In this document: positions 13,039-23,694 of the stretch, in pieces
Numbering within the stretch: position 1 is the stretch's first letter
Layout: each line of letters opens with the position of its first letter
Origin: Azolla caroliniana
Taxonomy: Eukaryota; Plantae; Polypodiophyta
NCBI GenBank assembly: GCA_043228905.1
Contig: JBHGNT010000015.1
Location: 16,802,001-16,866,000, forward strand
DNA length: 64,000 nucleotides
Direction: 5' to 3'
The notes under the pieces: model-generated
Seen by the model: the letters and a program-made list of their open reading frames with translations, nothing else
Database searches by the model: none
What the model was told of the DNA's origin: nothing
Translations under genes and position numbers: made by a program

Positions 13039-13488
13039 ATGTGCCCGTGCCCCTCAGGAGACAATGCACGAACAAAACAAATACACACACACATATATAG
13101 TGAGAGATTGAAATGGGAATTTGAGAATCCAATCAAAATTTGCTCCAAAAAGCTTAAGTGTTACAATTGTTGCTGGTTCTCTTGACTCACAAAACCATTA
13201 ATGGATTTGCTATACCTAACCCTAAAGATGTTCCAGAGGAAGAAGACGATGATGAAGTAGAAGAAAATGAAGAAGGAGAAGAAGAAGAAGACGAAGGGTA
13301 AGGAGAAGATGGTGCAGGGGGAAGGTGATGAAGAAAAGATGCAGAATTGTTAGCCCTACATCTACATGCATGGAATTTAGACCCTAGATTATGTTTAATT
13401 TTGTGTGTTTTTTCCCTTCTCTGATTTTGCTCATTACACATGTGGAGGTTGCCCACGCGCGCCGCGAGATCGCCCCACCAGATGGAGA

Positions 13489-14022
13489 TCATGGATAGCT
13501 CGAGCCCGAACCTGGGGCCGAACCTTGATATGGACCTTGGCCTGGACTTGAGCCCATTGCAGCATAGGGTGTGGGAGGCGGCGGTGGCGGCGGCGGCAGC
13601 AGCATTTCTGGTAAGGTTTGCTGTTGATTCATTCCTCCAGGAGATGAGTATGGCACAGCAGAGGGGGACATCATGAAAGCAGGTGCTGCCTGCTGAGGCA
13701 AGGGTGGAGCAGGAGCCTGCTCATATATGTTGGCTGGTGGTGCTACATTGATAGGTGCAGATGTTGGGTAGCCAGGAGGAGTAGGGGTTGGTAAGACTGG
13801 CCCTTGCTCAGCTTGGGATGGAATATTATAAGGAGGGGGAGGGCATAATGCGCCCCCCGGAAGGGCAGCAGCTCCTCCTCCTCCTCCATAGCCTCCGTAG
13901 CCGCCACCGCCACCTCGACCCCCAAACCCGAACTCTCCCAAGTAGCGTGAAGCCACAACTGTGTGCTGCGGCAATGTACATAGCCCCAGAAGGAACATCA
14001 TGATCATGGCCATTAGAGCCAT
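13489..14022 (-). CDS. Secreted Gly/Pro-rich protein, paralog B (intronless)
   Basis: From Met at 14022 (MALMAMIMMFLLGLC): signal peptide, VVASRYLGEFGFGG, LCPP, NIPSQAEQGP and C-terminal SYP, all shared with paralog A. Flanks are also duplicated. Confidence 0.8.
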   Translation of the reverse strand: MALMAMIMMFLLGLCTLPQHTVVASRYLGEFGFGGRGGGGGYGGYGGGGGAAALPGGALCPPPPYNIPSQAEQGPVLPTPTPPGYPTSAPINVAPPANIYEQAPAPPLPQQAAPAFMMSPSAVPYSSPGGMNQQQTLPEMLLPPPPPPPPTPYAAMGSSPGQGPYQGSAPGSGSSYP

Positions 14023-14139
14023 GCTGGGATTGAATAGAACTGGATTGGAATTGGATATTGGATTGGATTGGATTGTATTTGGATCAGTTGTTAAAATTTT
14101 TTGAGAGGAGGACATGAAGGGGAAGGGAGGGGTGGGGGC

Positions 14140-14146
14140 TTTTATA
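14140..14146 (-). promoter_or_regulatory. TATA box of Gly/Pro-rich gene B
   Basis: TATAAAA on the minus strand in the same conserved context as paralog A. Confidence 0.6.
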
Positions 14147-14616
14147 GTGTTCTCAAGTCAATCCCACAGATTTTTCTTCTGTCTTCTTCTTCTTTTTTTA
14201 GCTTTTTAGAATCTCTTGTCAACCGCTGCTTTTTGCTTTTCTAGCTTTCTCTTTTTTGCCTTTTTGCTTTCCCCATCCTCTCCCCCCCCCTCCCCCTGCT
14301 TATTTTTAGTTACACTCCATCCTCTTCACACATATCCTCCTTCACTCACCAAAAGTGGTGGGGGAAAAAGCAAAAAACTTGAGTTGACCTCTTTAAGCCA
14401 CACTCCTGTAACACTCACTCACAGGGGAAAAAAGCACGCATAATATTGTCCACCCATGTTACACGGGGTGTGACATAACCTATATATACCTACGGGTTGA
14501 GGTGTCAGACAAGAGTTACTAAACCCTAAACCCATCAAAAATCTAGACACCATCACCTCCCCATCTTTCCAAATCAGCATATTGGGCATAAAAAATAACA
14601 GGCCCCGGATTGCTAA

Positions 14617-17472
14617 TCATTCACTTCCCCATCTTTCTGGATCAGCATATATATTGTACATCAAAATAAATGTCCCAGGTTCCGTATCACGCAATCCAAC
14701 TGCACATTCAAAGGCCTGCTTACCGAGCTCCAAGCCACTCCATTTCCGACTCGCACTCATCACTGAATGCATAGTCACGAGATCAGGTTGGAAAGGCATA
14801 GTATCCCACATAATGGCTGCGTAATTCAGTTGTCCTGCACGGCCGAGAAGATCCACCATAATGTTGAGATGCTCAACACTCACATATCTGCAAAAATCTT
14901 TACTCAGCAACACATGAAAGCAATCTTGAGCCTCGTCCACAAGACCGGCATGACTACATACAGTGAGAACATTAAGGAACGTTGTCTTGTTGGGTCTTAT
15001 GCCTTCCTCTTTCATTCTCTCAACAATATCAAATATGAACCCTTTCTCACCGCAACTGGTGTATCCTGCCATCAGTGAAGTCCATACCACAACATTGCGA
15101 TGCGGAAATTGATTGAAAACATTCCATGCTTCTGAAGGTGAACCTGACCTTGCATACATGTCCACTAAAGAGCTTCCAATGAAGGTATTGTGTTCAAATC
15201 CTTGCTTAGTAATTTCAGAATGAAGCCAAAGGCCCCTATCCAGTACGCCAATGCTAGAGCAAGCCTTTATACAATAAAGAAAAGAGATGGGATTTGGAGA
15301 GATGCCATCATGCCCCATACTGTCAAGACATCCAAACACATCATCAAAATGTCCATTCTCTGTGTACCCTGCCATCATAGCATTCCATGTGACTATACCT
15401 TGAATAGGTTGATTGCTAAAAATGTGCCATGCATCTTCAAGAAACCCCAACTTACCATACATATCCATGAGCGTGTTCGAAACAAAATGTTGGTTTTCCA
15501 ATCCTGCTTTTACAATCTCCGAATGTAGTTCGAGACCCCTGTCTATTGATTTTGAGCTTGTATATGCTTTCAACCCACAAATACACCCAACATCATTCAT
15601 GGGAATACCCTCTAATTTCATTTTCTCCATACATTTCAAGACATTCTCATGATAATGATGTTGTGAGTAACAATTTATCAGTTCATTCCACCATGATACA
15701 TTGCTACATTGTTCATTGTTGAATAAATCTTGTGCCTCCATGAACGAACAACATTTACCATACATCGAAAACAAAGCAAACCCAACAGAAGAATCTCCTT
15801 CAAGTCCTCTTTTCACAATCACCGTATGAATTTCTAGGCCTAAATCTATAGCTGCAATCCTCCCACAAGCTTGCAAGCTGCATATAGCTATAGCAGCACA
15901 AAAGAATTCGTAATTTGTTAACATTTCATCAATCCTAACAAGTATTTCTTCACTCGAACCATATTTAGTTAAACCAGCAGTCAATGCGCACCATGCAAAA
16001 CCATTTGGATAAGGCAATTCATTGAATACATCTTGCGCTTCCAAAAAGAAACCACAATTTAAATAAAAATCTACCAAGGCACCACCTAGGATTTCATCTG
16101 ATTCAAGACTTTCTGTAGCAACATCACTATGTATTTTAAGACCCTTGTCTATCGCACCAGTGAGGTTACAAGACCTTAAGCTAGAAGAAAAGAGGATAGC
16201 ATCCGGAGACAATCCATGTCTTTGCAACAACTCAAAACTTTCCAAAGCCTCATCATAGAATCCATGCTCTGCATACCCAGTGATGAGTGCAGTCCATGTG
16301 ATCACACTTTGGTTGGGCACTTTGTCAAACACATCCTTGGCTTCACAAAAAAAACCAAGTTTTGCATACATTTCTACAAGTGAAGTACCGAGAGATAAAC
16401 CTAGCTCTATTCCTCTTTTAATAATGTTTGTGTGTAATTCAAAACCCCTATTGGTGGCACCTATACTATGACAACAATTTAATAGATACATAACAGTCAC
16501 ATGACTTACACATATCCCTTCTAGTTGCATTTTTTGCAAACATCTGAGTACGTCTTCATCTTGTGCAGACTCTACATATCCAGCTAGCAATATATTCCAA
16601 GAAACCACATCTCGACCTCGCATTTTATCGAATATGTCACGTGCTTCTGCTATTGAGCCAACTTTTATATACATATCAACTAAGGTATTAGAAACGACAA
16701 TGTTCTCTTCAAATCCATGTTTGATAATAAGGTTATGCATATCTCTGCCAGTGTTTATGCTTTCTATAGTCATACCACAAGATTTCAAGCTTCCTACAAG
16801 TGTGACAGCATCTGGTTGCATGCCCTCAACTTGCATAGTTTCAAAACACTCTAGTCCTTGTTTACCAAGTCCACACTCGGCATAGCCCATAATAAGAGTA
16901 TTCCACGCAACTAAATTTTGACAAGGTAGGTGATCAAACACCATTCTGGCTTCACTTATTGAACCACATTTAGCATACATGTCAACTAATGTAGTACTCA
17001 AAATCTCATTTTCATCATACCCTGCTTTTATGATTTCGCTATGTATCTCTTGACCGCTCACAACACTCTTGAGTTTGGTAGAAGATTGCAGTAGTCCTTG
17101 AAATGTATAACAGCTAGGGGATACTAAGCTCTCCCGCATTCGCTGGAGAACACCAAGAGCATGAAGAAACTCACCACAATCGTTATGTCCTTGTATAAGA
17201 GCTGTCCATGAATATACGTTAGGATACTCTAACCTCTTGAAAATCCTCTCTGCAATAGATGTGCTACCACATTCAACTAATGTTGGAACAAGATAGTTCC
17301 CAAGCTCTCCATGAGTTTCTAATCCACTCTCTTGTAGAATCACAAGCATGCGCTTCACATGGGCTAAATCCTTGCACTTCCTACATGTTTTTAAGGTGAT
17401 AAGAAAGGCATCAACCTTTGGAAGTTTGGCTGTTCTCTCCAACAAGGACAGTGGCTCCTCGATAAATGCCAT
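14617..17472 (-). CDS. PLS-class pentatricopeptide repeat protein with C-terminal E domain, no DYW (putative organellar RNA-editing factor)
   Basis: 951-aa intronless ORF with repeated P-L-S triplets (LVDMYAKCGS..EAR.VFD..., V.WN.LI.GY..., P..VT....L..C). It ends VCSHAGLVDEA...MVDLLGRAG...GTFILMYNIYA, with no HxE/CxxC/DYW. Confidence 0.93.
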   Translation of the reverse strand: MAFIEEPLSLLERTAKLPKVDAFLITLKTCRKCKDLAHVKRMLVILQESGLETHGELGNYLVPTLVECGSTSIAERIFKRLEYPNVYSWTALIQGHNDCGEFLHALGVLQRMRESLVSPSCYTFQGLLQSSTKLKSVVSGQEIHSEIIKAGYDENEILSTTLVDMYAKCGSISEARMVFDHLPCQNLVAWNTLIMGYAECGLGKQGLECFETMQVEGMQPDAVTLVGSLKSCGMTIESINTGRDMHNLIIKHGFEENIVVSNTLVDMYIKVGSIAEARDIFDKMRGRDVVSWNILLAGYVESAQDEDVLRCLQKMQLEGICVSHVTVMYLLNCCHSIGATNRGFELHTNIIKRGIELGLSLGTSLVEMYAKLGFFCEAKDVFDKVPNQSVITWTALITGYAEHGFYDEALESFELLQRHGLSPDAILFSSSLRSCNLTGAIDKGLKIHSDVATESLESDEILGGALVDFYLNCGFFLEAQDVFNELPYPNGFAWCALTAGLTKYGSSEEILVRIDEMLTNYEFFCAAIAICSLQACGRIAAIDLGLEIHTVIVKRGLEGDSSVGFALFSMYGKCCSFMEAQDLFNNEQCSNVSWWNELINCYSQHHYHENVLKCMEKMKLEGIPMNDVGCICGLKAYTSSKSIDRGLELHSEIVKAGLENQHFVSNTLMDMYGKLGFLEDAWHIFSNQPIQGIVTWNAMMAGYTENGHFDDVFGCLDSMGHDGISPNPISFLYCIKACSSIGVLDRGLWLHSEITKQGFEHNTFIGSSLVDMYARSGSPSEAWNVFNQFPHRNVVVWTSLMAGYTSCGEKGFIFDIVERMKEEGIRPNKTTFLNVLTVCSHAGLVDEAQDCFHVLLSKDFCRYVSVEHLNIMVDLLGRAGQLNYAAIMWDTMPFQPDLVTMHSVMSASRKWSGLELGKQAFECAVGLRDTEPGTFILMYNIYADPERWGSE

Positions 17473-17684
17473 ATCTCCTTATCTAGCATGTTTTTCTCGT
17501 CCTTTGTTTGGCAAATATAGTGGGCTTCTGGTAATAAAAATCTGGCTGACTTGCAAACACAAAAGAAACAAAACATACAATGCCTGAACGTAAACAATAC
17601 AATTGATGGATATAATAAACAATAAAAATGTAAAGGAATTGAATTGACCCATCATATCATACATCCCTATGCTAAAAACTTTAC

Positions 17685-18115
17685 TCATCTGAGCATGATT
17701 TGATAAGGTCTTTGACCTATCTGAATGCACATACATAGATTTGATAAAGTCCTTGACTTATCTGAGTATGTCATACATCCCTCTGCTAAAAGCTTCACTC
17801 ATCTGAGCATGATTTGATAAGGTCCTTGACTTATCTGAATGTACATTGATTTGATAAAGTCCTTGACTTATCTTAGCATCATACATTGATTTGCTAAGGT
17901 CCTTGACTTATCTGAGTATACACTGAATTTTGAGAAGATCCTTGACTTACCGGAGTATACACTGAATTTTGAGAAGATCCTTGACTTACCTGAGTATACA
18001 CTGAATTTTGAGACGGTCCTCTACTTATCTGAGTAGTATACATTGAATTTTGATAAGGTCCTTGACTTATCTGAGTATACATTGATTTTGATAAGGTCCT
18101 TGACTTATCAGAGTA
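17685..18115. repeat. ~39-bp minisatellite (~10 degenerate copies) upstream of the PPR gene
   Basis: TTGACTTA recurs at 17903, 17942, 17981 and further copies; unit ttgacttatctgagtatacactgaattttgagaagatcc. Confidence 0.9.
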
Positions 18116-18334
18116 CACAGAGACTGAGACAAAGACAGGGAATGATGGTTGGATGTCTCAGTTCTTCTTCTGTTTTGGGGGCGAATCAGCAAAACAAATG
18201 CCATCAAGTCATCCCCAAAGCAAATATTTTAATTCACAGGATGCCCCTCAGATTTCCACTATTTTCTACCGATTGCCCCTTTTCTCAGCCTTCTCTCCCG
18301 GCCCGAGTGGGCAGGCGAAGCTTCTAGCTCAAAA

Positions 18335-18840
18335 ATGAAGAGAGCTGGACCCGAGATCGACTCACCATCCAAACGAAACCCGATAAGTTTAGGAATAGCA
18401 TTGGTAACTTCATGACTCTTAGATGTTTCTTTGAAAGCTACGACTTTTTTTTCTCGGGGAAACAACAAAAACATAGTAGGGCCTTTTGCAGGATTTTCCA
18501 CCTTCTCCCCATACAAATGTGATTGTACATGGATAGATTAGCGCTCGTCAATACTCCAGACTTTATTCGCATTGTTGCCTATCCAAAGAAAGTGCGGACA
18601 AATGTGCCTACTATACTACCAAGCTTGGGACCGGCCTTCTCCAAATCAAATTAGAAATTTACCTTTTTATTGAGGGGAAAGAAGAATTGTTGCTTCCTTT
18701 CTTATCGTTCTCTCTCCCCGATCAATCGATCGAAATAACATTCATAGATGGGCGACAAACATCGATTTCAATGCATTAGTAATCGGAGCCTTTTTTAAGC
18801 GGTGGAGGTTTAGGGAAGAAGCATAACTCCTGTAGATGAA
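18335..18840. other. Possible organelle-derived insertion (identity not recognised)
   Basis: CG-retaining block with plastid-like composition. One minus-strand frame is coding-like but contains several stops. No gene was recognised. Confidence 0.3.
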
Positions 18841-20375
18841 ATGACATTGAGAAGTCGCCAAACATTTGGCTTACTATGCCACACTAGAGCTATGGCATGT
18901 GCCCTATATTTTAGTGATACTCCTCCAAACATGCATGGAAATCATCTAACTAAGGGGTATGATGAGAGCCTACAACAAGTACATTGCCAAACTACTAAAG
19001 GACATCCAAGCAAAGACCTAGAAGACAAGTAGATGCAAAAACCCCTCTTCTAGTTGGGCACCCAGCAATCCAAATAGCTTATGAGATAAGACACAATTTT
19101 TTGGAACATTCATCCTTACCTTTACTACTGTTAACTATCCCTCGATCTTGTAAGCTTATGTGAGCTATATCGTTTTGTGTTCATATTCTCATCTTGGAAT
19201 TTGATCAAGTAACACAATCTCCAATTATGTTGCTCCAAACATCAAGCATGGTTCAAGACCATTCACTCTCTTATTTAAGCTAACATGCATGTCTACCACA
19301 AGACTAGAAAAATCATGCTATCTAAAAATTCATACATCTCTACCAAGGGATTAGGATAGTCACAGTCCGTGTCCATAGACAATACTGATATGTAGGTTAA
19401 GGCTAAGGGTAATATTCTTCATATGGAGTTAGGACATATGATGTGATCATGAATTCCAAAGTAGCCATCATATCTAAGTAGAGATTTCTACTGTCACATT
19501 GGAGAGGTACACCCTACAAAGAATTTAATTTAGATAATGATCAAGGAAAAAAGTGACTAATGAGGGCCTTCCTACTCTCAAACATAACAAATCGCAATCA
19601 ACACCTTGTCACTAAATTAAACTCCAATGTAACGAAAGAATTGGAGGCATCATGACTCAATACAGAGAAGATTATAGATTATGGAAAAATTTCAACATGA
19701 TCAGCTTTGGAGAGACAAAGAAAGGAGAAAGTTTTATAGAGAGAATCAAGAAGTTTGGCAGCAAGAGGTTGAAAATTTCTTCAAGTGAGTTGATTAAAAG
19801 AAGATAATGGAAATCGATCAAACAATCACCTTAGAGATATTTTAAGTAATCAGATAGTTGGGCCTCCCAATTATCCAACAATATTGATACTGAGATTATG
19901 ATACAAATTAGTATTCCACTTATTCTCAGACAATACATTAGTATATTATTACAAATTCTCTTTGTGAATATTTACACCTTATCAATGAATCGTTTGGCGA
20001 TCTCTAACAGCTGTTTGATGAAAACCTGAGTTAGTTATAATCAATCCGTAGGTTACATATATATGAGATGACAATAGAATCCATTTTCGATGTGAAACAA
20101 TGTTTAAGGAAAGAAATACATACAATGTTCCATGCTCTCTGAGAAATTCTAGTTCTAAATTTCAAATGACTTGCTTGCAAAATTTACTAAATATTACAAA
20201 GTCTGAGTGTGAAATATCTTAACTCCCTCTATATAGATACAACCTTTTACTCCATAGAGCACATACACATATCAAACAGATGAATTTATCCAACATTGAT
20301 CACTCTTGTTGTAGTCAGCCACCTTGCTAGCAGTTTTTCTGCTCTTGCACATCAATTTTGCACTCATCTCTTTGC

Positions 20376-22644
20376 TTACTTTTTACCCTTCATTCTCCCT
20401 GTCATCCGTTTCCGAGCAGCTTCAAACTCCTCCTCAGTGGGTTCTGCAACTTGTTTCTTCCCTTTCTTATGCTTTTCCTTGCCAGAGTATTTCGCCTCTA
20501 ATGCAGAAGCTAGCGAGTCCATGGAATTCCGGTGGTTCTGACGGTTGGATATTAAAGCCACCAAGCTACTACCATCCTGCTCTTCTGTTTTTTTGTTCCT
20601 TCTGCTACAACATTGAAATCATGGTATATTACAATGCAGGATTTATGATTATTATACGGAAAAGTGTTACATGCAAAACAAGATAAATGCCATCAAACGA
20701 CAAATTACTTCTTTGGTCTTCGAGATTCTGATGGTTTAGGTGTTTTGGCGACCTTTTTGGCCCACTTCTTGTATGCTTCATATTCCTTCAGTTCACCTGT
20801 TGGAAAATATATGAAGTTCAATCCATAACAAAAGAAATGAACTTTACAAACCAATTCCCAGTTATGAGGATAAATTCCCGACAATCATCTAGAAAAGACT
20901 GCCCTAGTTAATGAAGGGACCTTAGTTCTCTTGCTCATCATTCGTGGATTCAAATAATTGAATGTTACTGCATTTCTCAACACCGATCTTAATAGATACT
21001 CACTTTTATCTCAAATAAGGTGCAGCTGACAAATGCCATATAGTAGCATAAATATAGTTTATGGAGAGAGCAAAGCATTTCATTCTCAAAATCCTAGCTT
21101 CCAAAACTCGCTGAAAACCATCATTCTAAAATTCCTGTTGCGGATACTCTTTAAACATTATTCTTCAAATCCCTCCCCAAATTGAAAGCAACTTCTTTCA
21201 TCAAACACTTCTCTGAGTACATAAGAAATCAATTATACCAGCAGAAATGCAATCGTTGATTATATCCATTAGCCTATGTGAATCTTGCTCAGGCTCTGAG
21301 CACATCAACTGATCGAATACTCTGAAAAACCACAAATTTCAAGACGTGAATGTTTTTCCCTTTTGATGGAATGGTTGCCAGTCCATGTCTACTTACCTGT
21401 CCATTTTCCCTTTTGATTTTGTGTAGATTTCCTTTAGGTCTTGTTTCTCATTTTCAGAACCTTGATAGGAGGCTGCAAACTCTTCAATCTCATCCTCAGT
21501 AACCTTCAACAAAGAAGAGGAACAGCTCAAAAAACCATCAAATAACTGTATAGGTTCGCAGTGGGCTTCCAAGAAGCAAAGATCTTGGTTACAAGCAAAC
21601 GCACCTTCTTGTACAGTGTTCTGAAAAATGCATACAGGTTACGCACAGTTTCACTTGATAATTCCTGCATTTTAATTTAAACATGCAATAATAAGCATAA
21701 AAGTATCAAATCTTCTTTGCAAACTAACACATTATTTTAATAACCATAAAAATATCAACTCTTTCTTGCAAACTAACACATTTACCTTCCCAGTGATCTT
21801 AAGAGAACAGTGATATATGTATGCACTAAAGGTGATCTGCTTATTTCTACAACCGTTAATGTATACAGAAATGTATGAAAAGTACTTACTGCATCTTCGA
21901 TTGATCCAGTCTGATCGTACACTTTTCTCTTTTCCGGATCTCCAAGGATCGCAATGACATTCTGAAGAGATTGGAACTTATCTTTGGTATTCTACAGAAA
22001 GGACAAAAAGGTATTAAAGAAACAAAATAACAGAAAGACAAAGCAAAGCTCAAATTTGATAAAAATGAGCCCGTAATTTTAGTGGAAAGAAAACAATATG
22101 AACATATACTGAAGCTACAACATAAGAAATACAGCATGGAATACATAGTAAAGGCTAAAATATGAGAAAACAAAGTAAACCTGATCGTTTGGATTCTTGT
22201 CGGGATGAAGGCGGAGAGCTAGCTTATGGTAAGCTTTGCGGATCTCTTCGTGTGTGGCACTACGTTCAACACCAAGAACCTGAAGAATAAGCAGGAAGGG
22301 GGAGAGGGGGATGAGCATTGGCTTACGAAAATCAGCCAAAGGTCAACAAGAATCAAAACTCGATGACAGAGAAAGAGCAAAGAGAGAGAGAGAGAGAGAG
22401 AGAGCCAAAAAACGGCCTAGCAGACGGAACCAGAGAGAGATGAAGAAGAAGAAGAAGAGGGGGAGGAAAAACGAAAAGGAAACTGCTGAAGCCATTAGAT
22501 ACCTACCTCGTAGAGAGAGGTAGAAGAAGAGGTTTCTTGAGAGATGTCACGTTCAGGCCTTCCTCCTTCTCCGTCCGATTCGGATTCAGCATCTGATTCT
22601 TCTGACGCGTCCAGGACCTCCTCCTTCCTCCTCCGACGAGGCAT
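20376..22644 (-). CDS. DnaJ/HSP40 co-chaperone, ATJ6/DNAJC9-like; 8 exons: 22644-22507, 22279-22181, 21991-21890, 21664-21605, 21503-21397, 21321-21239, 20796-20709, 20604-20376
   Basis: GT-AG introns keep the frame. J-domain [33 protein letters not shown]...[12 protein letters not shown], then [31 protein letters not shown], and C-terminal LEAKY...[13 protein letters not shown]. Confidence 0.92.
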
Positions 22645-22870
22645 GGCGATGGAAGATCAGAAGAAGATTGGAGATGGCGATGGAGGATCAGAAGAAAGAT
22701 TGGCGATGGCGATGGCGATGGCAATGGCGATGGAGGATCAGAAGAAGATTGGAGATGGGGATGGAGGATCAGAAGAAGATTGGCGATGGAGATGGCGATG
22801 AAGGATCAGAAGAAGATTGGCGATGGAGATGGCGATGAAGGATCAGAAGAAGATTGGCGATGGCGAGGAA
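22645..22870. repeat. Degenerate 31-50-bp tandem repeat in the DnaJ 5' leader
   Basis: GATCAGAAGAA(A)GATTGG recurs six times (22655, 22686, 22736, 22767, 22804, 22841), separated by (GGCGAT)n-like runs. Confidence 0.85.
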
Positions 22871-23055
22871 AGCTTCGATCGAATTCAAGGCTTCCCTTCT
22901 GTGGGAACCCGCACGTTTCGCGCGCGCGCGCGTTTTCGCGGGTTACTTCTGTCTCTTTTCGCGCCATTAATCCTTTTCATTTTTGGAGGGAGCAAAAAGA
23001 AGGCTATTATTAGTAGCGTAGGGTATGGTAGCCTGTAGGCTAAGGTATGGAAAAT

Positions 23056-23078
23056 GTTAGGGTTAGGGTTAGGGTTTT
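23056..23078 (-). promoter_or_regulatory. Telo-box-like (AAACCCTA) / short TTAGGG run upstream of DnaJ
   Basis: gttagggttagggttagggtttt read directly. Confidence 0.4.
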
Positions 23079-23694
23079 GGTGGTTATCATGTACATATGA
23101 ATCCAATGAGATACATATTGCAAGCACCTTCTGAGTAGATTGGTAGGGTATGGTATGGTGGTTATCATGTATGAATCGAATGAGATACTTCGGCACCTTC
23201 CAGTCAGGTGAGCGTGAGGTATGCCTAAAAAGGTATATGCGCCCACACATCATTTAGGGCAAAATGCGGTGACCATGTGTGTGTTTGTGAGAGAGATATG
23301 ATATGGTATGGTAGGATATGATATGGTATCGTATCGTATCGTACGGTATGGTGGTTAGTAAGTATGAATCCAACGATATACCGTAGCACCTTCGAGCAGG
23401 ATGAGCACTCCCGTTGAGCCATCAGATGGATGCACTAACCGAGAACACAGCAAATCGAACCCCGGACGAATCCAACTCCAACACAAAAACATATTACGGT
23501 TTGTTCGTTCAAAACGAAAAATCATGAGAGTGGATGTTTGAAAAAGGCAATACCAAAGATCGTCGAAAAAGAAGATTCCACCAACTCTGGGTCGTGATAT
23601 TGGCAAAAACATTTCTAATACATATAAACGAGAGTTTTACTTTAAAGTATTCCATGATAATTACATAAAGACTCATATCTTTAAGGACAACTCA

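Noticed and set aside
14023-14115. N-terminal extension of paralog B from the ATG at 14115
   Set aside because: That ATG is ~25 bp from the TATA box, the extension is (CCAAT)n-like leader sequence, and the signal peptide starts at 14022.
17685-18115. CRISPR-like regularly spaced repeats
   Set aside because: Units are contiguous and similar along their whole length, with no unique spacers. The context is eukaryotic with no cas genes. It is a minisatellite.
18840-20000. Possible LTR-retrotransposon remnant
   Set aside because: Too degenerate for me to assign any domain motif.
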